Shown here one piece after another: positions 59,709 through 64,000 of a stretch of 64,000 bases of DNA. The translations under genes and the position numbers were made by a program. The notes below the pieces were generated by a model. It saw nothing but the letters and a program-made list of their open reading frames with translations, did not search any database and was not told the DNA's origin. The stretch covers positions 2,816 to 66,815 of the forward strand of contig JAQIBV010000021.1 in NCBI GenBank assembly GCA_027858855.1. The letters run 5' to 3'. The number at the start of each line of letters is the position of its first letter. Positions within the stretch are counted from its first letter, which is position 1. This DNA comes from Spirochaetota bacterium. GTDB taxonomy: Bacteria > Spirochaetota > UBA4802 > JAFGJZ01.

Positions 59709-59718
59709 AATTACTCTT

Positions 59719-60663
59719 TTACCAATTATTGTCACCGGCTATCATAAACAGATCTTCCAGCAACCTTTTATCAAACCCGTAAAACTTTGCATTTTTTCGC
59801 ATTATACTAAACCAGCTCTTATCCGGAGTTTCTGCGCCACGATCGATAGTTCTATATTCCTGATAATTATGAAACCGTTGAGTCATAATATGAAGAAATC
59901 GCGCCGAACTATCTTCAGGTGTCAGGTATGTTTCTGAAAGATTTGACTTCAAAGCCATTTCAAGGACTGAAGAATCAATTCCAGGAAGTTTACGTTGTAA
60001 CTGTTTGGATCGGAGAGAAAAATACTGCGATAAAAGACGAGGCTCATTTTTAAAACTGACAATATTCACCTTCGTTGTAGAGAGAGGAGGAAGCTCTTCT
60101 TTTAGAAAAGCGGCTCCTCTTAAAAGAAGAAGTGTTTTCAGATAGTTAACATACTCTTCTGTTCTTAAATTGTTTTTTTGAACGCGAACCAATTCAAAAT
60201 AGAGCGGGCTATGCCTTGAAAAGCTGGAACCAATATATCGCTCTAAAGCACTGGCCTTGAAAATATTGAACATCGCCTGAAAAGTTAAACGAGCTTCACG
60301 GTTATTGATAATTTCTTTAATATAACCCTTAATCATCTGATTATAGTAATCTGAATTATACGTCCCTGCGAACATATTACCCAATACAGTAAAATCAACT
60401 GAATCAATAGCCGAATAGATATCAGGAAGGATCTCTTTAACTGTTCTGTTACGTAAATCTGTAGCAATCATTTGTAATATCTGACTGGCAGGTACCCCAG
60501 GGAAAAACTGGGGAGATTGAAAATTCACCTTAAGTTTCTCAAGATTAGTATTAATAAAATTGAGTACAACCTGCTCGGCCATCAAAGCTGATTCACTTTG
60601 AACATTCGGGTTTGAAAGCAAATGAGAAACAAAGCTGGATATTTTTTCCTGGTGCTGATGCAT
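59719..60663 (-). CDS. Hypothetical cytoplasmic helical protein, linked to the voltage-sensor gene
   Basis: ~314-aa ORF with no TM segment; stop is 10 nt before the VSD gene start. Confidence 0.75.
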   Translation of the reverse strand: MHQHQEKISSFVSHLLSNPNVQSESALMAEQVVLNFINTNLEKLKVNFQSPQFFPGVPASQILQMIATDLRNRTVKEILPDIYSAIDSVDFTVLGNMFAGTYNSDYYNQMIKGYIKEIINNREARLTFQAMFNIFKASALERYIGSSFSRHSPLYFELVRVQKNNLRTEEYVNYLKTLLLLRGAAFLKEELPPLSTTKVNIVSFKNEPRLLSQYFSLRSKQLQRKLPGIDSSVLEMALKSNLSETYLTPEDSSARFLHIMTQRFHNYQEYRTIDRGAETPDKSWFSIMRKNAKFYGFDKRLLEDLFMIAGDNNW

Positions 60664-60820
60664 TATCAATCTCGTAGCGAAGTTTTTTTAAAACATAGTA
60701 ATACACATATATTTTTTCAAAATTTGTTTGTAAACAGGTTTTTATCAAGAGAACGCAGTAAAAAGCAATTTTATTTATTAAAGGAGAGAAAAGAGAGTTA
60801 TATCAATGAAGAATGCATTT

Positions 60821-61333
60821 TTACATTTTTAGAAAGACAACTCCCTGTACTAAATCTTCAGAAATTACTCCAAAATAACGACTATCAAAACTATAGTCCC
60901 AGTTATCCCCAATTACAAAAAGCTCCTCTTCAGGAACTATCTTTTCAGCATAAGTATCCCGTCCTGTCTGTTCTGCGGTAAAAATCCTGGGGTCAGAGCT
61001 TGTAAATGGAAAAGAAACGACTTCTCCATTTACAAAAACCTTTTTCTGATCTATTTTAACCACAGAACCAGCCTCTGCAACCACACGAACCAGGTACTGT
61101 TTCTCACTTTGCAAGGGGCTTTTAATCAATACCACATCTCCAACATCTGGAGATTTAAACCTGTTAATAAAAATATAGTCTCCGGGCTTAAATGCCGGAG
61201 ACATATCTTTATCACTTACCCTATAACCGCCGAAGAAGATAATTGTTATCAAAAAACCCAAACAAACTCCTGCGCAAGTAAAAACAATTTTCGGAAACAG
61301 GGGGCTATCTGTTTGCTCTCTATCTTTATACAT
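60821..61333 (-). CDS. Signal peptidase I homolog lacking the catalytic Ser/Lys (SipA-like)
   Basis: One TM; DMSP---GD, GDVV, YLVRVVA-AG, VFVNG, FVIGDN--SFDSRYFG. Overlaps the serA stop. Confidence 0.85.
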   Translation of the reverse strand: MYKDREQTDSPLFPKIVFTCAGVCLGFLITIIFFGGYRVSDKDMSPAFKPGDYIFINRFKSPDVGDVVLIKSPLQSEKQYLVRVVAEAGSVVKIDQKKVFVNGEVVSFPFTSSDPRIFTAEQTGRDTYAEKIVPEEELFVIGDNWDYSFDSRYFGVISEDLVQGVVFLKM

Positions 61334-62510
61334 CCGTTACCGCTTTTTTAAAAAATCTTGCCATCAATACACCGTCAATATTTTTGATTTTTTCTAATGT
61401 ACTATCTGATATCTCACCGTCAATATTAATAATGTTATAGGCGAGTTCATTTTTGTGCTTATTAACCATGTCCTGAATATTGATATCATCGACCGCTATT
61501 ATTGAAGAGATTTGACCAACCATGTTCGGTATGTTTCTGTTCGCAATAACCAGACGATGGTCCGTTGTAAACGGTAAATTACATTCTGGAAAATTTATGG
61601 AATTAGTAATCGTTCCGTTTTCCAAATACTCTTTCATCTGCTCTACGGCCATTACAGCACAATTCTCTTCAGCCTCTTCAGTAGATGCCCCAAGATGCGG
61701 TAAATTAATAACATTCTTCATTGAAATCAGCTCTTCATCAGGAAAGTCGGTCACATAAAGCGCAACCTTTCCTTCATCAAGAGCAACTCTTAAATCTGCA
61801 TTATTAACAAGGCCCCCGCGAGCAAAATTCAGAAGTACTGTATTCTTGCGCATCATTTTAAAACGGTCTTTATTCATCAAACCACGAGTATTGTCGTTAA
61901 GTGGGATATGAAGAGAAATATAATCACACTCGGCAGTCAACTCATCGATACTGCGGCAACGAGCAATTGAGTGATGAAGATCCCAGGCATTATCAACAGT
62001 AATGAATGGGTCAAAACCGACAACTTTCATTCCTAGAGCATTCGCTGTATTTGCAACCATAACACCTATCGCACCCAAACCAATAATCCCGATCTTTTTA
62101 CCAGAAATTTCAGTTCCGGTAAACTGACTCTTTCCCTTCTCTACCAGCTTCGGAACCTCATCCCCTTTGCCTTCCAACGACGGAACCCACTCAAGAGCAT
62201 CCTTTATTTTACGAGCCGACATCAACATTCCAGTAAAAACAAGCTCTTTTACAGAATTTGCATTCGCGCCCGGTGTATTAAAAACAACAACACCCTTCTC
62301 GGTACACTTCTCTACCGGTATATTATTCACGCCTGCACCGGCTCTGGCTATTGCTTTTAAATTATCGGGAAGTTCCATATCGTTCATCTTAAAACTACGA
62401 ACGATTATTCCGTCAGGGCTGCTCATTTCAGATGCTATCTCATAATTATCATGAGTCATACGATCGAGACCCTTTACAGCTATTTTATTTAATGTCTGTA
62501 TTTTATACAT
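61326..62510 (-). CDS. serA: D-3-phosphoglycerate dehydrogenase with ACT domain
   Basis: ARAGAGVNNI, NTPGANA, GLGAIG, NFARG, PHLGAST; downstream of serC. Confidence 0.95.
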   Translation of the reverse strand: MYKIQTLNKIAVKGLDRMTHDNYEIASEMSSPDGIIVRSFKMNDMELPDNLKAIARAGAGVNNIPVEKCTEKGVVVFNTPGANANSVKELVFTGMLMSARKIKDALEWVPSLEGKGDEVPKLVEKGKSQFTGTEISGKKIGIIGLGAIGVMVANTANALGMKVVGFDPFITVDNAWDLHHSIARCRSIDELTAECDYISLHIPLNDNTRGLMNKDRFKMMRKNTVLLNFARGGLVNNADLRVALDEGKVALYVTDFPDEELISMKNVINLPHLGASTEEAEENCAVMAVEQMKEYLENGTITNSINFPECNLPFTTDHRLVIANRNIPNMVGQISSIIAVDDINIQDMVNKHKNELAYNIINIDGEISDSTLEKIKNIDGVLMARFFKKAVTDV

Positions 62511-62524
62511 AGTTGTCCTCCATA

Positions 62525-63607
62525 TTACGCATTATTTTTTTCAAAACCCTTCATGAACTCTACCAGCTTCGCAACACCTTCAAGCGGCATTGCATTATAA
62601 ATAGAAGCCCGCATTCCGCCTACAGAGCGATGCCCCTTAAGATTTACAAATCCACTTGTGGTGGCCTCTTTAATAAAACGAGCATTCATATCCTCATCTC
62701 CGGTAACAAAGGGCACATTCATCAAAGAGCGATACTCCTGCTCAACAGTGGCTTGAAACAGCTTACTCTCATCAAGATAGTCATAGAGTATTTTAGCCTT
62801 TTTCTGGTTATACTCCTGCATTGCATTTAAGCCGCCATCGTTAATCAACTTCTGAAAAACAAGACCAGCAATATAGGCACTGTATGTCGGTGGAGTGTTA
62901 AACATGGATTCTCCCTCAACATGTGTTTTGTAATTCAGCATTGTCGGTATTGAATCGTCCACCAGACCGATCAGATCTTCACGTATAATCACAACAGTAA
63001 TTCCTGCAGGCCCGATATTCTTCTGTGCACCCGCAAAAATGATACCGAATTTTGATACATCCACAGGTCGGGAAAGAATATCCGAAGACATGTCGGCAAT
63101 CAGAGGAACCGAACCTGTATCAGGAAAATCAACAAAACGTGTACCATAAATAGTGTTATTCGACACAAGATAAAAATAATCCGCGTCTTTGGTAAATCTT
63201 GCCGGATCAAGTTTTGGAATCTTATTGAATGTTGTATCTTCTGATGTGGCAACAACATTAACTGTTCCAAATTTTTTACCTTCAGCTATCGCTTTTTTAG
63301 ACCATACACCTGTATTAACATAATCCATCTTCTTTGTTTTAACCGCAAGATTAAGGGGAACCATGGAAAACTGCAAAGAAGCCCCACCCTGAAGAAAAAG
63401 AATCTTATAATTATTCGGAATATTCATAAGTTTTCGCAAATCATCCTGAGCCTTGTAAAATAGATCCATATATTCTGCCGACCGGTGACTCATCTCCATT
63501 ACCGACATTCCGGATGTTCCATATTCCACTAATTCAGATGCTGCTTTTTTTAAAACCTCTTCAGGTAAAACTGCCGGACCTGCTGAAAAATTATATACTC
63601 GTGCCAT
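62525..63607 (-). CDS. serC: Phosphoserine aminotransferase
   Basis: YNFSAGPA, EMSHRS, QGGAS, GAQKNIG, NTPP, GHRSVGGMRASIYNA. Confidence 0.98.
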   Translation of the reverse strand: MARVYNFSAGPAVLPEEVLKKAASELVEYGTSGMSVMEMSHRSAEYMDLFYKAQDDLRKLMNIPNNYKILFLQGGASLQFSMVPLNLAVKTKKMDYVNTGVWSKKAIAEGKKFGTVNVVATSEDTTFNKIPKLDPARFTKDADYFYLVSNNTIYGTRFVDFPDTGSVPLIADMSSDILSRPVDVSKFGIIFAGAQKNIGPAGITVVIIREDLIGLVDDSIPTMLNYKTHVEGESMFNTPPTYSAYIAGLVFQKLINDGGLNAMQEYNQKKAKILYDYLDESKLFQATVEQEYRSLMNVPFVTGDEDMNARFIKEATTSGFVNLKGHRSVGGMRASIYNAMPLEGVAKLVEFMKGFEKNNA

Positions 63608-63620
63608 ACGACCCCCCTTT

Positions 63621-64000
63621 TCATTTGCTTCCGAGCGAAATCATTGCACTCAAAACTCGCAACTCCTTCGTCACATCCACATCTGTTATCACAATATTTT
63701 TATCAGTTGTTAAAAGTGCAGAACTAAAATTTACTATGCCTTTAATTCCACCTTTTACTAAACGATCAACACAAAGCTGTGCGGCCTCAAACGGCACTGC
63801 AAGAATTGCCAGTTCTATTTCCCGCTCTTTAACAATTTCAGGTATCATATACGATGGAAAAAGATCAGTTTCAGCCGGCAGTGTCTCGACAATATTAACA
63901 TTCGAATCAAACCCGGCCACTATATCAAAGCCGTAACTGCTGAACCGTGAATAGTTAATAATTGCTGTTCCGATTTTTCCCAGCCCCACCACACATGCTT
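63621..64000 (-). CDS. rex: Redox-sensing repressor Rex, C-terminal part (truncated by the window edge)
   Basis: VGLGKIGTA Rossmann motif, AGFD, AILAVP--AAQ, GIKGIVNF, DVDVT. Confidence 0.85.
   Translation of the reverse strand, partial: ACVVGLGKIGTAIINYSRFSSYGFDIVAGFDSNVNIVETLPAETDLFPSYMIPEIVKEREIELAILAVPFEAAQLCVDRLVKGGIKGIVNFSSALLTTDKNIVITDVDVTKELRVLSAMISLGSK

Overview
A gene-dense, AT-rich bacterial chromosome segment, most likely from a free-living, low-oxygen Spirochaetota lineage related to Leptospirales. This assignment is inferred from the bactofilin-yaaR-holB-PSP1 order, the ispE-tRNA-Gln-(short glmU)-prs-rplY-pth block, Loa22-like OmpA lipoproteins and many lipoproteins. The content is mostly core genes: the 3' part of leuS; a TPP-riboswitch-led thi4-thiE-thiC-thiD operon; GH15 plus a fused trehalose-6-P synthase/phosphatase; carA; ruvC/yebC; holA/holB; a class I adenylate cyclase; a two-component pair; smpB; an HD-GYP/sigma54-activator/lon/ComFB run; lysC; and rex-serC-serA. 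I saw no CRISPR array, rRNA, prophage or transposase. The most unusual items are: (1) a pore-less voltage-sensor-domain membrane protein (S1-S4, TM, loop, TM, HAMP-like) tightly linked to an unknown cytoplasmic protein; (2) an unannotated 58-aa stand-alone NrdD glycyl-radical peptide; (3) three probable pseudo-enzymes (Pth with His->Gln, a SipA-like signal peptidase lacking the Ser/Lys dyad, a degenerate HD-GYP); (4) a hybrid kinase whose receiver domain has no canonical start codon (probable AUA start); (5) a mini-flagellin-like gene next to a CesT/YbjN-type chaperone and an FlgT-N-like lipoprotein; (6) several intergenic repeats. All family calls are by eye from remembered motifs; no searches were run.
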